DNA of 64,000 nt from Moniliella sp. 'wahieum' (taxonomy: Eukaryota), in the NCBI GenBank assembly GCA_003971905.1, contig RSEE01000007.1, positions 124,001 through 188,000 on the forward strand, given 5' to 3'. The notes below the pieces were generated by a model that did not search any database, had not been told where the DNA came from, and was given only the letters and a program-made list of their open reading frames with translations. The translations under genes were made by a program, and so were the position numbers. This document shows positions 38,164 through 51,370 of the stretch, piece after piece (position 1 is the stretch's first letter; each line of letters opens with the position of its first letter).

Positions 38164-39747
38164 CTACGCGGGAGGGGCGAAGAGGAGAGATGAGACGGGA
38201 GGGGAGGTAGCCTCAATATAGCCCGGGGGCCCGTCGTGGTTCGGATGGTCGGACAAGCCGACGAGCCCGGCCGGGAAGAGGGGCGAAGCACAGCTTGGGG
38301 GCAAGTGAGGGTGCAGGGAGACGGGCGAGAGCTTGTGCCACTCAGGAATCGGGGCAGGCTCACGTGCCGCGTTGGGAGCGAGAATGGCATGCTTGCCTGG
38401 TTCCATATCCCAAGGCGCGAGACAGGAGAGGCGGGCACTACCAAGGTGCGGCGCGAGAGGCAGCGCACTTTGAGGAGGTGGGTGCGGGCGGGACGTGGGC
38501 GAGACAGAGAAGAGAGGGGGAGCTGCCATGCTTGTGTGCGGTGGCATGTCCGCTACAGCCGGTTCACCCGGCCCACTGGCTTCCGTGGCTACGCCCACCG
38601 CGTTCAACACTGGAAGGAAGTTGGGACCGTCAAAATCGGAAAAGACAACCGGGTTTCCAAATGGAATCGGTCGAGAAGGAGGAGAGGGCTGAGAAAGCGC
38701 TGGCGTGGAAAGGGTAGAGCTGAAGCTAGCAGAGCCGGGCGCCAACCCGGCCGGAAGCGTGAGGTCGGTAGAGTAGGAATGCGATGGGGCCGGGAACGAG
38801 TGCGCCGAGAATAGAGGGGTTGGGGTTGAGCCGGGCAGGTGGCTTGTTGAAGCGGGCTTCGAATCCCCAGCTACTGCCGGCGATGGGGCCTGGGCGCCGA
38901 CCGAGGTGGAAGGCAAGTAGAATGCCTCACTCGATCGGTGGGAAAGAGGGTACGTGGGGAGCACCCCACTTGGGCTGAAGGCAGGGTGGTGGAGGTGTAT
39001 CCCGCAAACGAGGCACGCGAGTCGAACCCCATCGCCGACCGTAACCTTGACTCTCCCCCTCGAGAGCTGGAACGGATCAAATGAGCTGTGCCGCCGGGCC
39101 GCATACATGCTCCCCTTTGCCTCGCCCGACCGGCGCTTGGGACGGTATTTGTAGTTCTGCGAAACAATTACCGTGTCAGTCATCCGTTGCACAAGCAAAA
39201 CGAAAGCAACATACCGGATACCGGCGTCGGTGCTCTTTGCGCTCCTGTTCAGCACGGCGCGTATAGTTCTCCTTGATGCTCTTGCTCTCGTTCTTCCACA
39301 ACACCGAGATCTGGCGCGACATCTCAGCCTGCCGCTGTCGGCTGCTCATGCTGGCTAGGTGAGGGTTGGAGTTCATGTGCCGCTTGAGCTCCTGGCTCTT
39401 ATCGCTCCGATACAGGATCCACGCATTCGGCGGCCGAGGCGCCCACTCGTCCCCCTCATCGCAACGCGAGGCCTTGCTGTCGGTCGTGTCGGCAGGCGAG
39501 GGGGGCGTACAAGCAGCGGATGATTGCCTGAACCCCGGCGGGCCATCCAACAAAGGGCTTGGGGTGGTAGAGGAGGGGTCGTCGTGTGGTGGCGTGTGAG
39601 CGAGGGGGAGGCAACTAGAATTAAGAGAGTTAGTCAAGCACGGAAGACAGCGGAGACCACCATCCAAAAAGGAGAAAGGCAGATACGGCGACATACCCCA
39701 GGGGGTGTAAACGGGGTGGATGCGGCGATGGGTAAGGTGCTCATCAT
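38164..39747 (-). CDS. HMG-box (MATA/Sox-type) transcription factor; may extend through further exons toward ~36.7 kb
   Basis: PRPPNAWILYRSDK...QAEMSRQISVLWKNES...YTRRAEQERKEHRRRYP | intron | NYKYRPKRR. First intron 39615..39696 after MMSTLPIAAST; a frameshift is needed to join exon 1. Confidence 0.85.
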
Positions 39748-40117
39748 CGCTGACGGTCGAGCGGAAGCGGAGGCAGAAGGAACTGACAGCGGGGGGAGTG
39801 AGACGGTGGCAAGAGGATAAGTGTGGTGGGATGGGCGGTGTGCGTCGGGGTGGGGACGGAAAGCGAGGGTACGGGTGCCAGAGCACCACGGCTTGGTGGT
39901 GTGTGGGGAGGAAGGAGGCCAAGTCGGGATCGGAACGGGGGAGAAGCGCGACGGGGCAAGGCGAGCGTCGACTGGATCTATATACCTGACTCGCGTTCTA
40001 CCGCAGTTGCAACTGGGTCAGAGCCAGCCACAGCTGTTCCAGCCTGCTTGTTGTCGTCCAGCAGGGATGCAGCGGCTGTCGCTTGGAGCCCTTCGGATGA
40101 GAGCATGGTGAACGTGT

Positions 40118-42740
40118 GAATGTTCAGTTGAACGTTGAACGCGCTGAGGCGCTGAGGCGCTGAGGTGGGGAAAGGGCCAGCGTCAGCGGCTCAGCCCCCG
40201 CTCGGCCGCGCTCAGGCGCTCAGGCACGTACACTGCCAGTACTTGCGACCCTCGTACTCACAGCTCAGTGGCCTAGTGGCTGGATTCCCGTTCCGCGTTG
40301 CCCGTTTACATGCTCGTTACGTTACAGAAAAGTGGCAGGAGCAGCGCTTGGTCTGTCGACCGCCCCACAGGCAGCCCTCTGCCCTTCTTCCTGCCCTGTT
40401 TTTTCCTGGCTTCGGACCTGGAAAATGTAATCGATCTCTCGCTAATCGATAATCGGCCGCTGCGATAGTTCTCCTGAGCGCCGCTCTGCGCTCAACATAC
40501 TCAACGTTCAGCGTGTTTAACGTTTACGTTTAGCGTTCGACGGCAACCAGGCTTAGTGCTCAAGTGCTTATAAGCGCGAGAAGAGTGATATACGTATGTC
40601 GAGAAGGGTGTGTGCGCCGTGTAGAACGACGACGATGCCAGGGGACCTGCAGTACATACAGTGCGAGAAACCACCCTGTACGTATTCGACCGCTTTCATG
40701 TCTCTCTGTGTGGCTTGTTGCTGGTAGCCCTGCCCTCGCCGCGACGTTCTGTGGTTTTCGCCAACTGCAGCCGCCACCCCCCCACAGTAGCCCACGGCGC
40801 CCGCTGTATTCTTAATGCAGAACTGGCATGCTCCCCGCAGGGTATCGCACCCCGAAGCCCTCTACATGGTAACCCCTTTCACCGCGCCCACTTTTGCCTA
40901 GCTCTCCATCAACCATCATACACAGCGCATTCCCGCTGCATCTGTCCCTCTACGTCCGTCCCTGGGGCCTGGTCGCTGTCAACGGCCACGGGCACATGGT
41001 CACACGTCGCATCTCACAAACATGCTAGTCATGCACATGTATCATGGAAGCCTGCCAGTCCCTCTCGCTTTGCAGCCACGCTTGTTGGGCGCTTGGGCAG
41101 TCTCTTGCTGCTATTTGGCTGGGCGCTGAGGGGCTGAAGCTGCACGTTGAGCTCAACCTCGACGCTCTGGAAGCTTAAAGCTTAAAGCTTAAACGCTTAA
41201 TAAGCTTTGAGTTCGCCATATTCCCGTGGCCGCGATGATTGGGCCACTAGGCCACTACTTGCCCGCCACCTACCCGATGGTGGCCCACGCAGTGCCCACG
41301 CTCTCTTATGGCCAAATCAGGCCTTGGGCCTTAGGCTAAGGCCCTCAGGCCTCAGGCCTCGGGGCCTCAGGGGGGCCGCAGGCCTCAAGCTCCCCACGCC
41401 TCAGACAAGAAGTGGGGAGCAACTTCTATCTCCGTCGTCCGAAAGACCGAAGGGGGCGCAGTCTGTTTGGATCTCCAAGCTGACTGAGTAAGTGCCTAGT
41501 GATTAGTGAGTACTGAGTACACTGAGTACGAGTACCTAGTGAGTGAGTACTGAGTCCGACACTGTCTCGCACCTGTTTGTTTTTACATAATCACCGGTCA
41601 CTGATCACACACCCCTTCCTCGCTATCATGCATGCGATGCATGACGACGGTGACCCGGCCGGTGGGGCGGGTGAAGCTAGTACAATTTGAAAGCGAGCAA
41701 CCAAAGAATAATATTTCCTGGTTATCGATTCTCGATTCTCCAAGGACTAGGGACTGTTGATATATGATCGTGATCTAGGGACGAGTGAGTGTGATAGGGC
41801 AAGTGAAGCTAATGACCTAGTGGCTAGTGCTTGGGACCGATGCGCCGGTCAGTCAGGCGGCCGGTGGATTTTGGATCCCGAGTCGGTGAGAGCGGTGACA
41901 TATGATCGGTGATCTGTAAACTCAAATGGATTAGTGCGTGCCTGGACAAATGAATGTGTGGCCGCCGCCCCACCCAACGTCCAACGGGGCTGGTGCTTGC
42001 GTTGAAGCTTGAAGTGCTGAGGAGGCTGAAGCTGAAGCTTGAAGCACGATGCATGATGCACTGAAGGTAGCGACCAAGGACGCCGAGATCGATGACACAT
42101 CTCAGCCTTGTTTATAACCGCGTTATCCGCGCTGTCCATGCTCCAACGCCCCGTTTGCTGCGGCTCAGGGCAGCTCTCGGTGCTGGCGCAGGAGCCGCAC
42201 AGGTGATCAGTCATGCATCAGCGCGACCAGGTTGATCCGTGTGCTCAGGCTCTGGCGGCGCTGCTGAGTGTGCTGACGTACTGAGGCAAAGGGTACTGGT
42301 ACTGGGGCGCCGCGGCTCAGAGCCACTGGGCATGGCAGGCCAGGACGCATGATGCAGGATGCATGATGCATGACTAGGACTGGAGTGCCAGGCAGTGCCC
42401 CGTGCAGCGGATGCCGAGAGCCCAACAAACAAATAAACCTCGAGCGCACGTGGGACAGGGTGCGGAGCGGCGGCGCCCGCCGGGGCCACTGATATACTGA
42501 TGCGTCGGGTTATGAGGCCGAGGCGTCCGAGGCCCAGTGAAGCTTGAAGCCAGTGAATATTGAATCCGCCCCACAATCCCCCAGCTCGCCCCAGCGCCCC
42601 CAGCACTGCCCGCGCACTGCCCCACCCATCCCAATCTATCACCTCCGGCAGCGGAGCACAGTGACTAGCTAGTGACCCTAGTGACCGTAGTGACCGGTGA
42701 CCACCCCCATCGGTGGAGGGTCATCGATCATCGATCAGCC
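40118..42740. repeat. Long intergenic region dense in heptamer quasi-palindrome arrays
   Basis: gttgaacgttgaac ~40127-40140; (AAGCTTA)x3 41171-41191; (CCTCAGG)x2 41343-41356; ACTGAGT units 41505-41555; cttgaag ~42001-42045; catgatg ~42348-42372; gtgacc/ctag 42661-42702; gatcatc 42721-42737. Confidence 0.9.
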
Positions 42741-43119
42741 ATTAAGCTGTAAGCATCATCATCCACGTCACAGGCCATATGCACACACGACACAGCGTCT
42801 CCATCCCCAAATCTTCGCTATGGACACACTCTAGCCTTTCCTGTGGTGGCGACGCCATTCAACCGCACCAACGCAAATAGGCAGCAACGAACAACTGCGC
42901 TAAGGGCCTCCTCGTCTCAACACTGAGGTACTGAGGGTATACCAGTGAGTACACTGGGCGAGCAGCGTCCGCAACGCGTAACGAGAGATTGGTTAATCAG
43001 GCCTCAGGACGGAAGGTGTCCCACCGGGGTGGTAGCCCTTGTGGAGCAAGTTGAGTTGTGGAGTGGGGGGATAAGCAGGTCATCAAACAAGACGACGTTT
43101 ATGTGGAAAGGAATGTCAC

Positions 43120-43410
43120 TGTCATCAACATGGCTTGGCTGATCTCGCTCCCATTTCCAATTTCTTCGTCCTGATGAGCATCTCGCTCTTTCCCTGTTCT
43201 TCCGCTTCGCACCATGTTTTTCCGCTTCGCACCATTTCTTCCGCTTCGCCACCATTTCTTCCGCTTCGCACCATTTCTTCCGCTTCGCACCATATTCTTC
43301 CGCTTCGCACCATGTCTTCTGCTCTTGCTTCTCCCCCACGAACGATTGCTACATTCCTTGACCAATGTCTCTCAACTCTGGTCTCCCCCGCCTCAGCTCC
43401 GACCGTGACA
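43120..43410 (-). mobile_element. LTR copy (family A) with an internal minisatellite expansion
   Basis: TGTCA...GTGACA termini; homologous to the other copies; no TSD seen. Confidence 0.8.
43200..43313 (+). repeat. Minisatellite, six copies of a 19-20 bp unit TTCCGCTTCGCACCAT(TTC)
   Basis: Units start at 43200, 43220, 43239, 43259, 43278 and 43298; other LTR copies have one unit. Confidence 0.95.
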
Positions 43411-44004
43411 TCCGCCCATCCTATAAGCTTGACGCTTTTGACTGTTGTTCGACATGAAGATGCGCCGGTGGAAACCGGGGGAAAGATGGGGTCGACCTGC
43501 TCGGCCATAGCAGTTTGGACCTACAAATTAAGTAGAGCCAATGTCAAACGGAACTGTCTGGTCTAGGACCCTTCAGAGGAAGGGTTTTCTCGGACCTCAT
43601 TTTGAGAAGTAAATGAAGACGGCGAGCCCGGTGAGCTTAGTGGTGGTGGGCAGCAAAGCAAACACGGGTTTTTCTCTTCTTGGAGGCCTGGACAAAGTCC
43701 ATGGGAACAAAAGTGGAAGAAGACTGGCAATAAAAGGGAAATGGCCTCTGTCCAGTTGGTCAGCATACAGGCTGAGGTGGTCAGCGTGTGGATTGAGGTG
43801 GACCGTGCATCAATGCCAGGGAGACAGAAGGGACTGAAAAAAGTCGCCGAGGTCCGGATTTGTGCGTGGCACCCCCTTAGATGTGGCCGCCACACAAACA
43901 TCGCCAATGGAAGGGTCCAGATCCTGCGTGGCTCTGGGCGCAACGCCTGTGGTCCAGGGTGAAGTGTGATTTGGAGGACGCGAAAGAGCTGTCGAGCCAC
44001 GGCG

Positions 44005-45845
44005 GGTCACAGTCGGGGCTAAGGCGAGAGAGACCAGAATCGGACTAGGCCAAGGGGTGTAGCAATCGTTCGTAGGGAAGAAGCAAGAACAGAGGACATG
44101 GTGCGAAGCGGAAGAAACAGGGAAGGAGCAAGACGCTCGAGACGAAGAAATTGGAAATTGGAGCGAGATCAGCCAAACTATGACAGCAGGAAGCTTGTGT
44201 TTTTAGCCAACGTCCCTTCAGTCCCTCCTCAGGCGTAGGAGTTCCGTTGTTTTCTCGCCTTTTCAGTTTTCCTTCTTTCGCGCCTATAGCCCCTGGTGGC
44301 GACCGAGGACTTCAGATGTCATCAGCGTTACAACTCTTCGCTTATCCGGCACTGGTGAGCAACGGTGATTACCTAGCACTCCCCACTCCCCTTCCCTGGC
44401 GTATTTTGTCAACGATGGGCGCCACTCCACTCCCTACCCCTCGCCTTTCGAACCCGGACGGGGTGGAAGAAGACCCTCTTCTGTCGCCTTTTCCGACAGG
44501 AGGAATTCCCTTCGATCGTGCTTCTCAACAGCTGGCGAAGGGCCAGTTCGGCCAATACCAAACCATTTCCCAGCTTCTTACCAGAAGGCGCCTATGGTGG
44601 CTACCGAAGGCGCCAATCATCTTCGTGATTTCAACCACCATCTGGGGAATGTCACAAGCAGGCTCTCTTCACTCTTCCACCATCAGAAGGTCGTGAACGG
44701 CCCCGCGAAGCGGGTTCCCAGCGATTGGCCTGCCCAAGCGGCTGTGGTGCGTCTTCAGTTCAATGAATTGCGTGGATGCTCCTCAGTTCCGGCTTGTCTA
44801 GGGAACGTCTCGCTGACGAGGCCGAGAAACGGTGGGGCGCTGACGTCTGGGCAGACGCGCTGCTATGGCGGTTCTATAGAAAATGTCCTTCGGCGCGATA
44901 TACGCATCCCGCTGTTCTGCCAAACGAAGTCTTCCCCCTTTCTCCTTCTCCCGTGGATAGGGATGCTGCTGTCCACCATTTGCAAAATGTATAATTGACT
45001 TGCGGTGTGGCATGCGCTCTTGGAACCAGCTCCCCCATGCTGTTGGCCTGTATGTGGTAGGGCTTCGCGCCAAAATGGTATTGTTTCAACGACTCCGTGA
45101 CGAAGGCAAGGATCCCGAGACAGTATCCGCTGTGAAGACCCTGACTACCACGTTGGACAAAGACGACAAATTCAACGCCGAACAACCATTCTGGCCATGG
45201 GTCAAACAAGTACTTGCGGTGATGGAACGGGCCGTTGCGGGGGCACGGGAGACTGTTAAGCATGGGCCTACCGGCGACCACTACAAACCCGGTCTATAGA
45301 CCGTATATGGTCTTCGAACCCCTTTACGTCCGGCTACACCCTTAGTACTGTTCATGACTCTCGTTCCATGAGAGTGTAGTGGATTCTCGTGCATCGTCCC
45401 TGTTTGGTCTCCTGCGGGAACGCTACGGCCACATGTCTCCGTCCGAGAAAATCGACACGGTGACGGTAATCGTACCTTTGTTTCGCGAACCGGGGCCCAA
45501 TTTGTTCAACCAAATCGCATGTTGGTACACAAGACCAACTTATGGCTGGGCTCCTCTTCCAGAAACCCTTCTCCGTACAGTGGTAATTAATGCGATATAG
45601 AACAACGGCATGCCGGTCGCATATGCCTGCAAAACATACGAGGAACTCTTTGACTGACGCTTGTGGCAACTCACTCATCTGCCGTTCATCGCACCTCGTC
45701 CTTTTCCCCTTCCAGCTCTCGGGGACGCGGTTTTTACAGCATCACTAGTTCCCGCGGTGGAGCCTTCCGAGGGGGACGTGCGTACCGAGGTGCCACCTCA
45801 TCTCCAGCGCCTGCTTCTTCTCTGAGCGGTAGTAACTTTAGCTAA
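44005..45845 (+). mobile_element. Truncated, decayed LTR retrotransposon: 5' LTR (44005..44185), leader and possible gag-like remnant
   Basis: LTR homology, and a leader shared with 15576..15686. Followed by stop-interrupted plus-strand ORFs (SLFGLLRERYGHMSPSEKID; RGRG/RGG-rich end). The gag identity is inferred from position only; no pol motifs seen. Confidence 0.55.
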
Positions 45846-47207
45846 TAGGGTGGGGGAAGTTCTGCTGAACGAAGCCTTTTTTACTCCCTGGCGTGGCAGG
45901 GCGCTGCACACCCTTTGGACTGCTATTACGCTCCCTCTGTCTTCCCTCTCAATACCGCCCAATCTCTTGAATCCTCCACCGTTTTGGACAAGGTCCGCCG
46001 AGTCCACATGAGCAGTGGAACATACCTCCCTTGACCAGCTCCCACGTACCCGCTACCCGCTTCGCAGTCTCCCCCCTCATGTGTTTTTCCTCAATATTAT
46101 GCGATGATGATAGAGAGTTTATCCACACTGTGGCATTGCCCTTCTCGTGTATTTTCGCATGCCATCGCTCCCTCTCATCCCCTTTCTTATACTACTACAG
46201 GAGGCACCTAGCGACCCTTTCCCATACTCCATGTTGATGTCGTCGACATTCCTTGCCACGGTGGCGGAGAACACAAGTGGGGGCTGGTTATGGTCGACAA
46301 CTTCACCCGGTACGTTATCTTCCTGCCTCTTTGCTCCAAAAAGTGAGGCCACTCGTTCACATCCCTATTCCGCAACCTGGTTATCCGCGAGCAACGTCAA
46401 CACCCTCATCGTTCCCTCCAGGTGGTCCGCTCCTACAATGCTCCCGAGTTGACCCCCGCCATGATGGAGGACGAAGAAGGTATCATCGCAACCGAAACGA
46501 CCAATCCAGGTTAAAACGTGCCTCATCCAGTGGTATTGCAGAGAGGGAGATCCGTTCCATCAAAAAGACAGCACAGCAGCGGGACGCTCAGTGGAATCCA
46601 CTCACAGGGTCGATACCCAACACCAAACATAAGTGAATAAGCGGCATCCTGGGCCTGCAAAGTCTGTCAGGCACAAAGTAGGTTGTGATGGAGGCGCAGT
46701 CAAGGAACCGCACCCCGCCACCCCGGCCATCTACTACAGGAACATCAGCATCCGATACGATAACCGCTTTGAAATTCGTCCTTGGCCGCAGAGGGTTGTG
46801 GCGGTGGCCGTGATAGTAGCAGCTGTCGTCATTTTCTTTATCTTTACCGTCGGGTTGCCGACAGATAGCAGTCCATGGCGACCTACTCAGACGGCAGCGC
46901 TTCTTGGCGCGCAGGCGTGGGGCAAGGACACGAACGAGGCCGGAGAACGACACTAGATGATGATGAGACCCAGGCCAACCACTCATTCTCGGTTTCAAAA
47001 CTATACACGTGACCCTAGCAGGGTCGGCGGCCATTCCTCTACCTTTCAACCCGCGGTCCTTGCGGCGGGCGCAATAAATGGCCTGTACAGTGCCATCATG
47101 CGTCAGCCCAACCCTACCTTGCGTCCTTCCCCCGCCGCCGCCGCCCCCCGCCGTAGTAGCCTGCTTGGCGCGCTGTTACTCCCATCGACCGACGCCGTCA
47201 AAGAACA

Positions 47208-47584
47208 ATGTCGCGCCTGTACGTCAAGGGTCGCATCCAGGGCCACCAGCGCTCGAAGCACGTCAGCCACGCCCACACCTCCCTCATCCAGATTGACGGT
47301 GTGACGAGCCAGGCTGAGGCCAAGTTTTACCTGGGCAAGCGTGTGGCCTACGTCTACAAGGGCACCAAGGAGATCCGTGGCACCAAGGTCCGCGTCATTT
47401 GGGGCCGCGTCACCCGCCCCCACGGCAACTCGGGTGTGGTTCGCGCTAAGTTTGCTACCAACATTCCCCCGCTGCCTTTGGCAAGAGCGTGCGCATCATG
47501 CTCTACCCCTCGAACAGTATGTTGTTTTCCTTTTTTGCACGAAAGAGTCATACTAATTCCCCCGCTTTACCTCCGTCAGTCTAA
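47208..47584 (+). CDS. RPL33: 60S ribosomal protein eL33 (L33/L35a)
   Basis: MSRLYVKG...[12 protein letters not shown]...[22 protein letters not shown]...VRIMLYPSN | intron 47517..47579 | I*. Apparent 1-bp deletion near 47472. Confidence 0.95.
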
Positions 47585-48343
47585 ACATTGATTGTACAAC
47601 ACGTTCGCCCCACCTCGAATGGCTTTGCCGCACCACCCCAAAAAATTCCCATTAGCCCCTGTGCTCTCGAGACGCAGTAGTCTCCCGTTCCTCCCAGGGG
47701 TGGTAATGGCGCTGCTCATGCTTCATGCATTCTCTTGGATGAGGTCGCTGGCCTGTCCGTATGCGCTCTACTGTCTGGGTGACATGGGTCTCGTTGATTG
47801 ATAGGGATTAGAAACAAAACCATCCATGCGTGTCGTGAGCCGTCGCTTTGGTGCCCCGACAGAGCATCGCCCATCGACCCTTCTGTAGAATGGGGCCGCC
47901 CCAGAGTGGACAGATCAGATATCAATAGCTGAATAATATCGCGGACAATGCAATTCAGGGACAGGTACAGCCCAGGAGAAGGGCGGATCTTCATCCCGTG
48001 AAAGCAATGGACTTTGGGGTCCAACAAAGGGTACTTATGTATCACCTGCCCAGTCGAGGTCTACGGCTTCAAGACCACACCGGATCCGAACATACTAGCG
48101 TATGAGCATTTTGAGAGGCATAGCGCCGGAGGTACATGGCGAGGCATGAGGAAAGAGGGGGCCATCAGTATTTGGCCCCGGAGTTGTAAACACCACGTCC
48201 ACAAGCCACCCCCTCTAATCTGGAGGCAATGATCAGGCCAGGGGTGAGACAAGCCCAGTGGTTGGGTGGACGAGGCTCCCACCTTCTCCCAGCTGCACAG
48301 GAAGGATGAAGGGACATGCAGGCCGGGAATGGGGCAACATCGC

Positions 48344-48938
48344 TTAGAACTTCATAGCGTGGGGCTTGTCCGAGTTGCTGAGCGAGAAGGTCGTGGCAAG
48401 GTACTTGAGGTGGGTGGGTCCCGCCTTCTTGACGGCCGCAATGACAGCCTGGTCAATTGCCTTCTGGTCAGCAACCTTGGCAGCGGGGTGGGCCGCCTTG
48501 TTGGCCGGGTCCAGGAAGAAGGCCTGCTCGGGCTTGGGGCCACGGGTCTTTTCCTGGGCAAAGTAGGCGTCCGTCACGTTCTCAGGCACCTTCACGTCGC
48601 TCACATCGATCTTCGTCGAGGTAGCAATCACGTAGGCCTGGTTCACGCGACGGAGGGGCACGCCGTTCACCTTGAAGGGGCCAGTGACGAGGAGAAGGCC
48701 CGAAGCGAGCTGCTTCAGGAAAACAACACGCTTGCCGGCAAAGCGCCCAGCAAGGAGAATGAGCACAGTGCCAGGCGTGATGCTAGCACGCAGCTTGGAG
48801 GTTGTTGATCTTGCGCGTCACCTTGGGCTGAGGGGCGTCGACGGCAGGGTAGTACTTGTGCGCCCGCTGCGCCGGAAGCGTGCGAGTGCCCTTGCCGAAC
48901 GGCTTGGTCTTGGGAGCAGCAGCGTTGACGGCAGCCAT
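48344..48938 (-). CDS. RPL6: 60S ribosomal protein eL6
   Basis: KYYPA...LRASITPGTVLILLAGRFAGKRVVFLKQL...LLVTGPFKVNGVPLRRVNQAYVIATS...DKPHAMKF*. Frameshift near 48800; apparent intron just upstream of the ATG (gtgagt 49021, ctaac branch, aag 48945). Confidence 0.95.
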
Positions 48939-51370
48939 TGCGTTCTTTGGAAGGGAGATGGGGGGAAGCAAAGTTAGCGTCGGCTACGTCGGCAGGGACT
49001 GCTTGTAGTGCTCTTACTCACCAATCGAGCCTTGATGGTCTTGCGGTTAGTGGGGCGTCCAGAGCGAGGACAGCGGACACCACCGCAGCGGGGAAGACAA
49101 GAGTAGGGTTGGCCTTCAAAATATTTAGCGTACACACTTGTGCAGTGCGGACGTCCCGATAATTGTGCCGCAGCACTACACGGCCGGAGTGCAGGCATTG
49201 ACTCGAGGGATATTGACCGGGGCCATGCGCACGTGACCCGTGCTGGCTGGCTTCCTGGTTCAAACGTTGAATCATCCGCCGGCATCACGTGATGCGTCGC
49301 CTTGGGGCGGTGGTCCCAGCCCACGCCGATTGGCTGCTACGATCCCAATTAAACCTGGAGCTCACCTCCTTTCCAAGGGCGTAGCAGGGGCAGGGGCTCT
49401 ATGAATCTTGGACATAGAAGCAGTGATGACTTCATCGCTCTTCAGCAGTAGTCGTGCCTGCGATGACTCGGTGTATCGTCGCGAGGATAAAAAAACGCAT
49501 GCTCCCTACATATTACAACCCTTTTTTTCGAAGAGAAGAAGCACACTTTGTCAGGTATCCAGCAATCTGTGGAATAGCTTCTGGCCGTATATCATCACTC
49601 TATCAGAAGTTGAACCTCTTGAGCCACGGGGTTGCTCGTGCGTTTGTCTAAAAGGGTTTTTCAGTCCCTCCTCAGGCCTCAGATCTATAGGAGAGAGTTC
49701 TACTGTTTTCTCGATCGCTTTTTTGTACGTGCTTTCCTTGCCCTGCAGCCAGACCGGAGGGGGAGCAATTGCGCGTGGCTGCTTACTCATGTCCTTCTGT
49801 AGGTGTTGCTAGTTGGCTTATACCATAACCGTCACCATCGATGCAATTGATTCACCTTCGAAGGCGTTCAAGACTCTCCACAGGTAATAGTGATAACATC
49901 TCGGCACCTTTGTGTGCGTTGCGTGTTGAGTCATGTTAGATGGCTATAATAGTACCGTAGTTTGCCACACACGTTCAGAACGCTCTTCTGTTCACTCTCT
50001 GTGACAGAGTGTGGGTGGCCACATATAGCGATCAGTCTGTTTTTGGTCGATCTCCAGCAGCTTCAACGTCTTCAACCTATATCAAAAAGCTACATCATCT
50101 CTCGTAACGTGCGTAACGCGTAATGCACGTAAGGTATCGTATCAACAAGTCGATGTAGGTGGGGAAGATAAAAACGTGATAAACAGAAACGCGTTCGCCA
50201 CATGTAGCTCCGCAGACATATTTCGGCAGAAGATGACATCTGTGTGGTGAAGTAGTGAGATGTGACGATAGAACATCAGCAGCCGTGGCGCATATGTGTT
50301 TCGTGTTCCCTCTCTCCGACTCTACGCCTCCGCGATATTTGGCCACACAACCACACCCCACTGATGCGAGTCATCCAACATGATGCCATAGGCGCCTGTG
50401 GACGATGATGTAGAACATGAGCGATGATCGCATCTGTAACCGGACCCTCTATAGGTCAGTGCGGGAGCGACAATGGGGTCGAGAGATTGGGTCCAAAACG
50501 CACAGAGAGTTATAAGGAGAGGCCTGCCGACGGATCGGCGGGCCTCATCACTAGACCGCGGGATCCACATTTGAAATTTGCGCGATGTCGTTGGTAAACG
50601 AGATGCACATGGCCAGGTGATTCAGACCAGAGCACACCAGATACTTGCTGCTACGTGTCTGCGTTATGTGCCTACGCCGCGTCCCAGGCAACCGTCCCAA
50701 CCCCGGCGCGGTCGGAGATGCTGCAACCATGCCTACACCTCCGGACCCCCCGAACCCACACGGCCACTATCGCCCGTGCTGCCTTTTTACCGGCCTGCCA
50801 CTCCCCACTCTCGGCCCCCTTTTGATTCGGCTGCCCAATTAAACGCCCCCACGTGCCCTGCCCGCGTCCCGTGACAATCAATTGCGGTTGCCTGCGCAGC
50901 AGTTGCACGGCAGAAGAGGAGCTGCAATGGTCGATGGCGCGATGAGATCGTGAGAGACGGATGAAGAGCGATGCCGCGTTGGAGAGCGGTCGGTGTCATG
51001 GTAGCGCCGATATTTGGGGCCTCGCAGCAGCGCTCTGTACCAGTCTGTACCAGTCTATACCAGTCTTAGATATCCCCCCCTATCCCCCCGACGGCCTTAT
51101 AGAGCAGCGGGGAACAAGGAACCGCGCACGCGCAAACTTACCGGCCTGCGGATAACAGGCCGGCGTGTGGTCAGCTCAGCAGTGCCAACGGCCTCTGACT
51201 AGTGACTGCGCCCAGGTACTAAATCAAATAACAGTAGCAACCGAATAAACCCCCATGTGGCGGTGGGGAGGTTAAAAGACATCTGTTGCCCCTCTCTCAG
51301 ATCTCAACCCCCCACACTATTCCTACCCTACCACCCCATCCACCTCCATCTCTACTACCTACCCAAGTTC

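Noticed and set aside
43200..43313. CRISPR-like array
   Set aside because: Units are head-to-tail with no unique spacers, lie inside an LTR, and the context is eukaryotic with no cas genes.
46633..46956. Small ORF with a hydrophobic stretch; also short ORFs at 6849-7357, 36099-36311 and 49551-49790
   Set aside because: No recognisable homology or gene structure, and they lie in decayed non-genic blocks.
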